NCBI GenBank assembly: GCA_963711835.1
Contig: CAVQFQ010000021.1
Location: 128,001 to 192,000 of the forward strand
From: an uncultured delta proteobacterium
Lineage (GTDB): Bacteria > Desulfobacterota > RBG-13-43-22
Direction of reading: 5' to 3'
DNA length: 64,000 bases
Shown here: positions 30,106 through 39,240 of the stretch, in pieces
Layout: every line of letters starts with the position of its first letter
How positions within the stretch are numbered: position 1 is the stretch's first letter
The notes under the pieces: model-generated
What the model saw: only the letters and a program-made list of their open reading frames with translations
Database searches by the model: none
What the model was told of the DNA's origin: nothing
Translations under genes and position numbers: made by a program

Positions 30106-30170
30106 CAAAAAAATGTGAGAAAAGAAACAACCTTAAGGCAGTTAGGCCCTATAGGGGCTGATTCAAAAGA

Positions 30171-31340
30171 TCAGATCCTTACTTCCTTAAGAATCCGGCC
30201 AAGATCCTTCACATGTTCACTAAAATGTCTTTTGATAACCGGAATATCCGGGGCCTCCGGGGAAGAGGATTCCAGGAGGGCAGCCAGCCTCTCTTCAAGG
30301 GCCTCAAGGGAAAGGCCACGGAGCTTTCTTAGAAATTCAGGCAGGAACCTTTCCGGCCAAGCCTCCTCCCGGCTTTTTATGTCCAGGGCCTCCAGGAATC
30401 CCGACAGGCTTACTTCCAGACTGTCTTCTCCGGCCCAGACCACCTCCCCCACCCCGTCCAACCGGTCCAGCCGGGTCCGCAGCGACAGGTTCAAGTAAAA
30501 GAAAAGGAGGGCCTCTTCAGCCGGCAAATCGGAGGGGTCGGCCATGGCCCCATATTGACGGGCCGTGATCAACTTGACTTCCAGCGCCGGGCCTCCCTTC
30601 CTGATGACAAAATCACCGGCCCCGTGATGCCAGGGGAAAATTTGCTGATAGGTCAAAACGTTATAGTAGAGGGTCAGGATCCTGGCGGTCTGATAATAAA
30701 CCTGCTGAGCCTCCTCCCCGGTAAGAAAAGGGGGGGGATCTTCCCCGTTCCAAAGAACCATTTTAACCCGGCCGTCGGATGGATCACGGGAAAGGTGGAA
30801 TTCATGGTAGCCCTCAAACCAATCGGCCAGAAACATGCCGGCCTCTCCTTCTCCAACCTCGGGAGGGAAAGGGACCTGGTCCAGGAAATACACCCTGGGC
30901 AGAAAAGGATAAGGAAAGGTTCCCCCCAAATAGTGTAGGGTTTCGAATTCAGAGCCCAGGATTCCTTTGCCGGTGGCGCTCAAGGCCACGTTCATCACGA
31001 AAAGGGCCTTGCCCAGCAGGGTCCGGACCTCGATTTTTGCCGGGTGATAAAGGTTCCCGTGTTTTTCGGAAAAAATCAGGATCGTTTCCAGGTCCTGTCC
31101 GGCAAGATCCTTTTTTAACTGAAGACCCGATGCCCAAGCCAGACGACTGAAATCCTCCCTGGAAATGGCCGCTTTAATCCAATTAAAATACTGGCCGTAG
31201 GTTATCCCCTTCTCTTGAGAAGGGCCGGAACCGGGCCGGTCCAGAGGGATAAAGGATCGGGCTTTTTCGGCATTTAGAGGGACCAGGCCCAGGAGGGAGG
31301 AGCGAAAATAGCCGAGAATGGGAGTTTTTTTTTGATTCAA
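30171..31340 (-). CDS. Hypothetical protein, possible kinase-like fold
   Basis: 389-aa ORF, co-directional with the TPR gene and dsrA; start uncertain. Confidence 0.75.
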   Translation of the reverse strand: MNQKKTPILGYFRSSLLGLVPLNAEKARSFIPLDRPGSGPSQEKGITYGQYFNWIKAAISREDFSRLAWASGLQLKKDLAGQDLETILIFSEKHGNLYHPAKIEVRTLLGKALFVMNVALSATGKGILGSEFETLHYLGGTFPYPFLPRVYFLDQVPFPPEVGEGEAGMFLADWFEGYHEFHLSRDPSDGRVKMVLWNGEDPPPFLTGEEAQQVYYQTARILTLYYNVLTYQQIFPWHHGAGDFVIRKGGPALEVKLITARQYGAMADPSDLPAEEALLFFYLNLSLRTRLDRLDGVGEVVWAGEDSLEVSLSGFLEALDIKSREEAWPERFLPEFLRKLRGLSLEALEERLAALLESSSPEAPDIPVIKRHFSEHVKDLGRILKEVRI

Positions 31341-31351
31341 GCGATTCGAAT

Positions 31352-31990
31352 TTACTCTCGGTAAGGGTTAAGTTCCTCCAAAAATTTTGGATCAACCGCA
31401 TACCCGCCGGCCTGGGCCTGATCGCTATGGAAAACCGCTTCCCGGTAATTTCCTTTCTCAAAATAGGCCAGGGCCAGATTGTTGTGGGCGACGGCAAAGG
31501 TCGGACCCAGGGTTAGGGCCTTTTGGGACATGGCGATGCTTTCATCCAGCCTTCCGGCCATAAAATAAGCGCTGGCCAAGGTAGCCAGGGCCTGAATAAA
31601 CTGGGGATTAAGGCCGACCGCCTTTTCCAGGGCATCAATGGCCTCGGTCAGGTCTCCCCTCTGGAGATGAGCAAACCCCAAATTGCCGTGGGGAACAGCA
31701 AATTTAGGTCTGACCTTAATGGCCTCCCGGTTAAATCGGATGCACCTTTCCAGGTCTCCCTGCTGAAAATAAATGCCCCCCAGGTCCACATAGGCTTCGG
31801 CCAGGGTGGGACTGTATTCGATAGCAGCGAAAAACTCCCTGATGGCTTCATCCCATTGACCTTGTTTCAGCAAGGCCACAGCCAGGTTATAATGGGTGGT
31901 GCCGCATTCCTGGTTTTTGAGCAGGGCCTGCCTTAATTCCTCAATATAGGCCTCGGTGGTTTGATCCGGGGTATTAATGGATTGGGTCAT
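31352..31990 (-). CDS. TPR protein
   Basis: Tandem TPRs (HYNLAVAL, AYVDLG, HGNLG, AHNNLA). Confidence 0.9.
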   Translation of the reverse strand: MTQSINTPDQTTEAYIEELRQALLKNQECGTTHYNLAVALLKQGQWDEAIREFFAAIEYSPTLAEAYVDLGGIYFQQGDLERCIRFNREAIKVRPKFAVPHGNLGFAHLQRGDLTEAIDALEKAVGLNPQFIQALATLASAYFMAGRLDESIAMSQKALTLGPTFAVAHNNLALAYFEKGNYREAVFHSDQAQAGGYAVDPKFLEELNPYRE

Positions 31991-32154
31991 GCTTACCTCT
32001 AATAATCTATAGGATGCCTCATTTCTTATCACGAGCTCTCGGAAAAAGTCAAGGGAACCGCTGGGGGTCGACAGGCCGGCGGCCGTAAACGGTTCCTTGC
32101 CTGGCCTTGGATTGATGGTTATCTTTATTTTTAAAAAAGTTTAAAAAAAGAAGG

Positions 32155-32535
32155 GTGCTTATCTTGTTCAGACTTAAAAAAAGAGAATCGGAAATCCCCC
32201 GCTGCCCTTTTTGTCAAACACCTTTTGGGAGATTGACTAATCAGGCCCAGGGGCGGCGGGAAAATTTTTTTAAATGGACCTGCGCCTGCGGGGCCCTGGG
32301 AATTTTTGATGCTACCGGCAATACTATGGGGGAGGCCATGCTGGAGGGCCTGCTCCTGGCCTGCGGGGAGGATTGGGAAAAAGCCGCCGCCCTGGAAGCC
32401 GACCGGGACTATGAGGTAAAATTCCTGGAAGGCTACTCCAGGCATGAACATCGCGTTTTAGGGCTTCAGAGAACCTATAAAAGCGGTTTTGGGGCTTTTG
32501 TCTTTATCCGGCTTCTTCCTGAAATAGGTACTTGA
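32155..32535 (+). CDS. Small hypothetical protein with CPFC…CACG (zinc-ribbon-like)
   Basis: Paired Cys motifs; fills the gap between minus-strand genes. Confidence 0.6.
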   Translation: MLILFRLKKRESEIPRCPFCQTPFGRLTNQAQGRRENFFKWTCACGALGIFDATGNTMGEAMLEGLLLACGEDWEKAAALEADRDYEVKFLEGYSRHEHRVLGLQRTYKSGFGAFVFIRLLPEIGT

Positions 32536-32544
32536 AGAAATAAA

Positions 32545-32889
32545 CTACTTCAAACCCGACTTGGCCGCTTCTTTTTCATACCAGAGGGAAAAGGCATACA
32601 TACCCAGAAAACGCTCGTCTTCTTCCATGATGCCCCGGCACATCTCCCAGGCCCCCTGTCCAAAGGCATTGCTGTAACTCGAGGCGTCGCAAGTCGTTAA
32701 GAAGGCCCTGGTCAATTCCATGGCGGTCCGTTTTAATTTACCACGGCGCAAATCAATGGGATCCTTGGGCTGCACAAAGGGATCCCAGATCTCATACCCC
32801 TTTCTCCGCACCCGTTCCTGCACCCTGGGGGACATGCTGTCAAATATGGCCTTCTTTCTTTTTTCCTCTTCAGGGGTCAACTGGGCCAT
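32545..32889 (-). CDS. Hypothetical protein
   Basis: 114 aa, GGAGG SD, 14 bp after the YkgJ-type gene. Confidence 0.75.
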   Translation of the reverse strand: MAQLTPEEEKRKKAIFDSMSPRVQERVRRKGYEIWDPFVQPKDPIDLRRGKLKRTAMELTRAFLTTCDASSYSNAFGQGAWEMCRGIMEEDERFLGMYAFSLWYEKEAAKSGLK

Positions 32890-32903
32890 CGGGGTGCCCT
32901 CCT

Positions 32904-33551
32904 TTATTCCAAGCCAAAGTATGTTTCATTATAATCGGTCAGCAGACTGGTGGAGAGGGGAACCAGCTCGATCGCCTTTTGAGGATCGGCCGCCTGGATT
33001 TCCTCCAGCAAATCCCTGGAAAGGACCAAGAGGCGCTGATGAAGTCGGTCCATATTGACCGTGGGATAGGAGACCCCCTGGGTGAAACCCGACCGGCCGC
33101 AGGTAAACCCTTTCCCTTGAATGGAGGTCGGAAGCCCATAGACCCTGCAGGTCAGGGGCCGGTGCTCATAGAGATCACAGAGATCCCTGTCGTTGAGAAA
33201 GGGGCAGCGGATCCTTTCCTCTGCCAGGCGGCTCAGCACCTCTTCCTCCCTGGCCCCCTCCTGGGTCATCATCTTGTGAACTTTGCGTTTTAACTGATAA
33301 AATTTTCTATCTGCCCTTTCGGCCCTCTCCAGGATCTGCTCCTGCTTTTCCTTGGTCAGGCCATGGAAAAAATGAAGATTGATATAAACGGATTCGATCA
33401 GAGAAAGGTCAAAAACGGCCTGACAACAGTCGGCACATTGTTCCCGACAGAGAAAATTCTCGGGATAGTCAGCCTTTACCCGAGAGGTGAGGCTCTCTAA
33501 CTGGTTGACGAAGGCCTCGTATTTTCCAAAAGTCTGTGAGTAATCCAACAT
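32904..33551 (-). CDS. YkgJ-family cysteine-cluster protein
   Basis: CREQCADCC … CPFL…CDLYEHRPLTCRVYG. Confidence 0.9.
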   Translation of the reverse strand: MLDYSQTFGKYEAFVNQLESLTSRVKADYPENFLCREQCADCCQAVFDLSLIESVYINLHFFHGLTKEKQEQILERAERADRKFYQLKRKVHKMMTQEGAREEEVLSRLAEERIRCPFLNDRDLCDLYEHRPLTCRVYGLPTSIQGKGFTCGRSGFTQGVSYPTVNMDRLHQRLLVLSRDLLEEIQAADPQKAIELVPLSTSLLTDYNETYFGLE

Positions 33552-33602
33552 CCGCGTTTTCCTTCCTGCCGCTTCCTTTTTTGGCCCGGGGTTTGGACGA
33601 CC

Positions 33603-35357
33603 TCAGCTTTTTGAGGGCGGTTCTTCCTGCCCGACCATCAGGCCGAGTTTGGCCAGGTTGTCCCTGGCAAAATCAAGAGAAGGATCCAGTTCCAGGGCCA
33701 TTTGATACAGTTTGACGGCTTCCCGGTAGAACCCCAATTCCCTTAGGTTGGACCCTATATTGGCATAATCGATGCCGGATCCGGGATCGATCTCGATGGC
33801 CCGCTCGAAGGCTTCGATGGCTTTATGATGGTCCTTTAATTTATAATAACAGAAACCCAGGACATTATGGATTTCTTTCTGGGCTTCATTATACGATTTG
33901 GCCTGATCCAGGTAGGGAAGGGCCTGACGGTATTCGCCCATATCTTTAAGGCAGACGCCGATATGGCAATAGATGCTGCTCAGATCGATATCCCTTGGAT
34001 TCAACTCCAGGGCCTTCCGGAAGTGGACCAAGGCCTCCTGCGGCCGATCCTGGCGCTCCAGGGCATAGCCCAGGAAGAAGTGGACTTCGTAACGTTCCGC
34101 GAAAAGGGCCTCCATCTTTCGAAGCTCGCTGACCGCTCTTTCCGGATCTTCCAGCATGGAAAGCAACTTAACCATGTGGAAAAGCACTCCCGTATGCCGG
34201 GTCCGGTCACGGAAATGGGCCCCCGGGATAATGGTATAGACGGCCGGTATTCCCAACAGAGGATGGGTCACATTGACGATAAGGACCTCCAACCCTACCC
34301 GGGCCAGGGCTTCGCAGCAGGCTTCAATTTCCAGCCGCATATTAGGGTGGGCCAGATCAGGCAATTCATTCAGGGCAACGATCTTCGGAGAGGTCATAAC
34401 ATACCGGGCTTCTTCCAGATTCCGATATTTCGGCAACGTGGGGCGGTACTGGGTCCGGTTGATGAAATCACCGGCCAACTGGGCGATCTCCGTTACAGCC
34501 CGGATCAACGATTTAGCCGGACTGGTAGTGGTGCCGGCCGTGAAGACGATTTCACTTTTCTCCGGGAAAGTGGCCGGATCATAGGCTAGAGACCCTACCG
34601 TGGGAATCCCGGTATCCAGTGAAAAATCCTTCAGGAACAGCTTGATTCCCAACCGGTCGAATTTCCCGATCAATTCTCCGGCAACGGGATCAGTTACGGA
34701 AGCCGGATCGATTGAGGGGGTCAAAAGGAAGTCATGGCTGATGACCGAAGAGACATGCCGCTCCACCACCTCGCACAGGCCCTGCAGGATGGCTTCTTCC
34801 AGGGTATTGCCGGCTGAAGGGCCGTTGTATTCGTGAATCAGATAAAACCACTGGATCGGGACCAGGACATCCTTTTTACGGGTCAGATTATAAGCCCAGA
34901 CCCAGTTAAGAGGCATCTGATCATAAACTTTCCTCAACTGCGGCAACTCCGGCGACCGGTCGTAAAAAGACAGGGCCAGCGAGTCAAAAGGCAAGGCCCG
35001 CTCACTGACGGCTTCATAGCGTTCCTCAAAAAAAGGGGCCGTCTTGATAAAATGGAAGAAACTGAATCGTTCCACCAGTTCCATAAGGGCGCTGGCTTCC
35101 GATTGTTCGGCCGTTCCCCCCTTTCCCATCTGTTTCTGAGTCCCTATGACTTCAACGGCATCCTTCCCGCAGCGACTGATATAAATGGGGATGTCTAATC
35201 GTCCGCTGTCGATCCGGAGGGTTTCTTTGAGGATATCCAGGTCAACCATTTTTAACTTGGCCCGTACCCGGGCAATGGTCTCCCGGGGATCAGCGGCTTT
35301 TTCCTGGTCGTAGGTATAGCTCTTAAAACTGTCTTTTAACAGGATTCCTGATGACAT
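33603..35357 (-). CDS. YcaO-family protein with C-terminal TPRs
   Basis: MGKG…SALMELVER, NGPSAGNTLEEAILQGLCEVVER, TEIAQ; about 4 TPRs. Confidence 0.92.
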   Translation of the reverse strand: MSSGILLKDSFKSYTYDQEKAADPRETIARVRAKLKMVDLDILKETLRIDSGRLDIPIYISRCGKDAVEVIGTQKQMGKGGTAEQSEASALMELVERFSFFHFIKTAPFFEERYEAVSERALPFDSLALSFYDRSPELPQLRKVYDQMPLNWVWAYNLTRKKDVLVPIQWFYLIHEYNGPSAGNTLEEAILQGLCEVVERHVSSVISHDFLLTPSIDPASVTDPVAGELIGKFDRLGIKLFLKDFSLDTGIPTVGSLAYDPATFPEKSEIVFTAGTTTSPAKSLIRAVTEIAQLAGDFINRTQYRPTLPKYRNLEEARYVMTSPKIVALNELPDLAHPNMRLEIEACCEALARVGLEVLIVNVTHPLLGIPAVYTIIPGAHFRDRTRHTGVLFHMVKLLSMLEDPERAVSELRKMEALFAERYEVHFFLGYALERQDRPQEALVHFRKALELNPRDIDLSSIYCHIGVCLKDMGEYRQALPYLDQAKSYNEAQKEIHNVLGFCYYKLKDHHKAIEAFERAIEIDPGSGIDYANIGSNLRELGFYREAVKLYQMALELDPSLDFARDNLAKLGLMVGQEEPPSKS

Positions 35358-35486
35358 GTTTTGATCCCCCTCTTTACCTAAGCTCCCCATAAATTCATCA
35401 CTACCAAAGAAGCACTTTACCTAAATTAACTTGAAAAAGGCCGCCATTGGATCTATAGTTTCGATAAATCCTAAGGCGAGGCAACG

Positions 35487-35942
35487 ATGGCAGAATCCCC
35501 TTTTGTGGCCATAGATGAAATCATCCTGAAAGCCGAAAGCGATGCGGGGAAGACCCTGATCTTGAAAGAAAACAAGGACTCGGATTCGGCCTTAGTCATG
35601 TTTGTCGGGGAGCCCGAATTCATAGCCATCGCCAAAGAAAAAGGGCTCATCCAGACTCCGCGGCCCTTAACCCACGAACTCTATTTGAAGATCCTGGAAA
35701 ATCTGGGGGTCCGCTTCCTCCGGGTTGAGATTTATGATCTTCGAGACCAGGCCTATTTGGCCAACGTCCTTTATGATAAGGATGGGAGCGAAGCGACCGT
35801 GGATGCTCGGCCCAGTGATGCCCTGGCCTTGGCCCTGAACCGCCGACTCCCGGTCTTCGTCCATCAAAAACTTCTACGCAAGCAAATAACCCCCGAACAG
35901 GTTGAATCTTATAAGGATCTGATTAAGTCCGTCAGGTTTTAA
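35487..35942 (+). CDS. Bifunctional nuclease family (DUF151)
   Basis: PRPLTHEL and DARPSDALALAL motifs. Confidence 0.9.
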   Translation: MAESPFVAIDEIILKAESDAGKTLILKENKDSDSALVMFVGEPEFIAIAKEKGLIQTPRPLTHELYLKILENLGVRFLRVEIYDLRDQAYLANVLYDKDGSEATVDARPSDALALALNRRLPVFVHQKLLRKQITPEQVESYKDLIKSVRF

Positions 35943-36633
35943 AGCAAGCCCTCTCCCCTTTTTCGACGAAACCTCTTTTGGCGAATCCGTCCATTTCAAA
36001 AATAACCGGGCTACCGGTCGCAATTTCCAGCCTGGCCACCTCCTCCGGGGGCAGGCCTTTTATGATCATCATCAGGGCTCGCAGCGGACTGCCGTGGGCC
36101 GCCACCAGGACGTTCTGATTTTGGTCCAGGCAAGGGGAAATCTGTTCCCAAAAATAGGGAATAACGCGTTCCGTCAGGTTCTTTTGCGACTCTCCCCCGG
36201 GCGGCGCCTGGTCATAACTTCGACGCCAGAGTTGGACCTGTCCCCGGCCCCATCGTTCGGCGCAATACCCTTTCTCCAGGCCCTGAAGTTCCCCGTAATG
36301 GCGTTCCATTAAGGCCGGAGTGCGGTAAACCGGCAATTCGCATTCCCGGTTTTGTCCGGGTCGCTTCCCTATGGCCGGGCTGCGCCGGTCCTCCGGCATC
36401 AGGATGGGAGTCCGTTGATCCTGATTTCCGCTTAAGACCAGCAAGACCGTTTCAAGCGCCCTGATTAAGGGGCTGGAAAAGGCCACATCAAAGAGGATGT
36501 TCTTGACCTGTCGGCCGGCTTCTTTGGCCTGCTCCCGACCCTGATTACACAGGGGAACGTCCACCCAGCCCGTGAATCGATTTTCGAGATTCCATTGTGA
36601 TTGACCGTGACGGATCAATACCAGTTTGCCCAA
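35932..36633 (-). CDS. gpmA: 2,3-BPG-dependent phosphoglycerate mutase
   Basis: RHGQSQWNLENRFTGW, ERHYG, WRRSY and AHG motifs. Confidence 0.92.
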   Translation of the reverse strand: MGKLVLIRHGQSQWNLENRFTGWVDVPLCNQGREQAKEAGRQVKNILFDVAFSSPLIRALETVLLVLSGNQDQRTPILMPEDRRSPAIGKRPGQNRECELPVYRTPALMERHYGELQGLEKGYCAERWGRGQVQLWRRSYDQAPPGGESQKNLTERVIPYFWEQISPCLDQNQNVLVAAHGSPLRALMMIIKGLPPEEVARLEIATGSPVIFEMDGFAKRGFVEKGERACFKT

Positions 36634-36774
36634 GAAGAGAAAACCTCCTTGCCTTAAAGCCTAATCAAAGATAGTTGAAATTTTACTCCACCGTTGATCG
36701 TTAGGGTGGTTGGGGGTCTTGTTTTTTGAGTTTTCCAAAAGGGGACTCGGCGCCCTAAATCCGGCCCGAATCAG

Positions 36775-37173
36775 TTAATGGGAAGGGATCATCCGCACCA
36801 ATACTTTTCGGCTTCGTGGCCCGTCAAATTCACAAAAAAAAATCGACTGCCAGGTTCCCAGAACAAGGCGGCCTGACTCCACTAAAACCGCCACCGAGGA
36901 TCCTATCAAGCCAGCCTTGATATGGGCTGGTGAATTTCCTTCTCCGTGCCGGTAAGGACCTTTGGAGGGCACAATCTGGTTCAGGGCCGTCAGGATATCC
37001 GCCTGAACGCTTGGATCCGCCCCCTCATTGATGGTAATACCGGCGGTGGTATGGGGTATGAAAACAAAGGCGATCCCTTCCGAAACCCGGCTTGCTGCAA
37101 TCGCCTGCTCCACCTGCCTTGTAATATCAATAAATTCGGTTTGTCCGGAGGTGGTGACGGAGAAAGTAACCAT
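36775..37173 (-). CDS. YjbQ/UPF0047 family protein
   Basis: PHTTAGITINE, GNSPAHIKA and LGTWQSIFFCEFDGPR motifs. Confidence 0.92.
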   Translation of the reverse strand: MVTFSVTTSGQTEFIDITRQVEQAIAASRVSEGIAFVFIPHTTAGITINEGADPSVQADILTALNQIVPSKGPYRHGEGNSPAHIKAGLIGSSVAVLVESGRLVLGTWQSIFFCEFDGPRSRKVLVRMIPSH

Positions 37174-37248
37174 GCCTTTTAATCTCCCTTTGAACAATTC
37201 AAAAAATAAGACCTACTAAGATCGCCTGTCCATGATGAATATAATTTT

Positions 37249-37583
37249 CTGGATAGTCCCAAAGTTACGTAATTCTCAAACCGAAGGGGTAGCCTCTTAA
37301 AATATTAAATCACCCCAAAGGGCTTCAGGGGTCTTGATTTCAAGGATTGTCCGCCAAAACGCCAGCAGCCTAACCCCGGGCAGGAAGTTTATAAGTAGTT
37401 TTAGAAACAGGCCAACACCAAAACGATTTATCGTCTTGGGTGAATGCCCGGCTCCTAATCAACTTGGAAATTCGGGCCGGGTTGGGGCAACGGATTACCG
37501 TTCGGACAACCTTGGAATCAAGACCCCTGAAGCCCTCTATGAATGGGGTGCTTAAAAATCACGTAACTTTGGGACAAACTCCA
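37249..37583 (+). repeat. Nested inverted-repeat element, copy A
   Basis: Outer IR GTCCCAAAGTTACGT/ACGTAACTTTGGGAC and inner IR AGGGCTTCAGGGGTCTTGATTTCAAGG/CCTTGGAATCAAGACCCCTGAAGCCCT; homologous to 60021-60340. Confidence 0.85.
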
Positions 37584-37601
37584 GTTTTCAGATGGCTTTG
37601 T

Positions 37602-38852
37602 TTAAGTTCCGCTTTTAACCCAAGAGGGCAAAATGATCCCACCCTCGGTTCTTTTTTCAGGGGCGGCCTCCTCGGCCGCTTTTTCCGACTCTTCCGGCAG
37701 GAGCGATTTTCCAACCAGCCAGGATAAAAAAGGATTTTCCTTCCCGGAAGACCTATCTTCTTCGGCCGTTAAAGAAGAAGCGGTTTGAAAAAGGGATACG
37801 GCCTGAGTCCTTTGGTTTTTCAGATAATAAAGATAAGCGGCCTCCTCCAGAAATCGTTTCAGCCTTTCTATTTCCTCTTTCGGGAACAATTCCCGGACTG
37901 CCTTCCGGACGATCTCCTGGATTTGGTCCCGCTTCTGGGCCTCGCTCAGGATCAAGACGCTTTCCTTGACCCGTTTGATCTCTTCCAGAAAAGGCCCGGA
38001 TTTCTCCGGGTTCAAGGAAAAATAAAAAACTTCCGGAATAAGGCTTAAAACCGAGGGATCCGGGAATTCCCCAGAGTCGGGGGCCTGCTCCGAGAAAAGA
38101 GTTGTTCTTAAAGGAAAAGGCCGAACCTCTCCGGCCTTCTCGATAAAACCCATTACGGCCTCAAAGACCTTCTCATCCTCCACAGAGAGTTTGGATCCCT
38201 GCTGATGAGCCTCTTTTATAAGAAAGGCCAAGTGCCCGGCATCGGCCGCTAAGAACGGTTGCCCGACCCCTTCTTCCATCTCTCGTAAAAGCTTCCTGGC
38301 TTCTTTTTTACTGGCCTCCATGGCCCTCACATCCTCAAGACCCCCCTGAGAACCGATGAGGGCGAAGGTGAAGATCCGTCCTCCCTGAGGTTGGGGAAGG
38401 AGTAGAGCTGCCATCCGGCTGCCGGACCCGTCATATTCTGAGATATGCCCTTCCATGGGAACTGGAGGAATTTCCTTTAAGATTCCGCGCCTGTTTCCCT
38501 CTGTTTTCTCCTCATGGAACTGGACCTTTAAGCCTTTTTGTCTAAGTTGATAGAGTGCCCGCCGGATTATTTTTTGAACACCCTTTTCGGAGATCTCGCT
38601 CTGGAGTCGAAGTAACTGGTTGATGGTCCATTCATCGGGCTGGGCTGTGAAACTCTGGAAGAAAAGTTCCGCCAGCAAACGGTCCGACTCCAATTGGTGA
38701 GCTATTTGGCTCAGGGCGTCAAAGGCAACACCCTCCCGCCCATCTTCCGATCTCAGGGTTTGGATAAAGGCGCTGACCTTCCCCAAACGAAGAGAGTCCG
38801 TTTCCTTGGCCTTCTGGTTAAGGTTGGTCTTTACTGAAGAGACCATAGACAT
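37602..38852 (-). CDS. Hypothetical protein
   Basis: 416-aa ORF with SD, no recognised motif. Confidence 0.75.
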   Translation of the reverse strand: MSMVSSVKTNLNQKAKETDSLRLGKVSAFIQTLRSEDGREGVAFDALSQIAHQLESDRLLAELFFQSFTAQPDEWTINQLLRLQSEISEKGVQKIIRRALYQLRQKGLKVQFHEEKTEGNRRGILKEIPPVPMEGHISEYDGSGSRMAALLLPQPQGGRIFTFALIGSQGGLEDVRAMEASKKEARKLLREMEEGVGQPFLAADAGHLAFLIKEAHQQGSKLSVEDEKVFEAVMGFIEKAGEVRPFPLRTTLFSEQAPDSGEFPDPSVLSLIPEVFYFSLNPEKSGPFLEEIKRVKESVLILSEAQKRDQIQEIVRKAVRELFPKEEIERLKRFLEEAAYLYYLKNQRTQAVSLFQTASSLTAEEDRSSGKENPFLSWLVGKSLLPEESEKAAEEAAPEKRTEGGIILPSWVKSGT

Positions 38853-38940
38853 CCTTTCACCTTCAATAGACGCTAACTAAAAGGGTAGATATTGGCATGC
38901 TTACCTTGATTTTGTCTATAAAAATTTAGAATCATTTCCT

Positions 38941-38976
38941 AAAATAAAAAGCCGGCTTGTTTAAGGCCGGCTTTTT
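38941..38976 (-). terminator. Intrinsic terminator
   Basis: AAAAAGCCGGC-CTTAAACAA-GCCGGCTTTTTATTTT on the minus strand. Confidence 0.85.
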
Positions 38977-39009
38977 AAGAGGAAAGGAGAAAAAGAGATT
39001 TTTTGTTGC
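38941..39009 (-). ncRNA. Putative sigma54-dependent small RNA
   Basis: Lies between a sigma54 promoter and an intrinsic terminator; CU-rich body; no ORF. Confidence 0.6.
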
Positions 39010-39019
39010 TTCTCTTTAC

Positions 39020-39036
39020 TGCAAGCATGGTGCCAA
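39020..39036 (-). promoter_or_regulatory. sigma54 (-24/-12) promoter
   Basis: TTGGCAC-CATGC-TTGCA, matching the consensus sequence and spacing. Confidence 0.85.
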
Positions 39037-39131
39037 ACTGGAAGTTGCGAGGCCTTCCCTATCTAACATCATGATTTTTATAATTAATTTTAATTTTTAG
39101 GCTTATCCTGGTTGTTTATTGCGTCTCTGAA

Positions 39132-39151
39132 AAGTAAAAATATTTTTACTT
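39132..39151. promoter_or_regulatory. Candidate enhancer (bEBP-binding) palindrome
   Basis: Perfect 20-bp palindrome AAGTAAAAATATTTTTACTT about 130 bp upstream of the sigma54 start. Confidence 0.5.
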
Positions 39152-39240
39152 AATTAAAAGGTCACTGGGCTTTAAACGATATAACAGTTTAAAATAATTA
39201 AAAAATTTCATGTAAAAAATTTTAGCCTCCTTATCCGGCT

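Noticed and set aside
30112-30130. Rex operator upstream of the dsr promoter
   Set aside because: ATGTGAGAAAAGAAACAA only partly matches TTGTGAA-N4-TTCACAA.
33603-35357. Classical RiPP (azole or thiopeptide) cluster
   Set aside because: No precursor peptide, E1-like partner, dehydrogenase, protease or exporter is visible nearby.
37328-37527. 6S RNA or a riboswitch
   Set aside because: There are two diverged dispersed copies in inconsistent gene contexts and no recognisable aptamer consensus; an Rfam search is needed for a firm exclusion.
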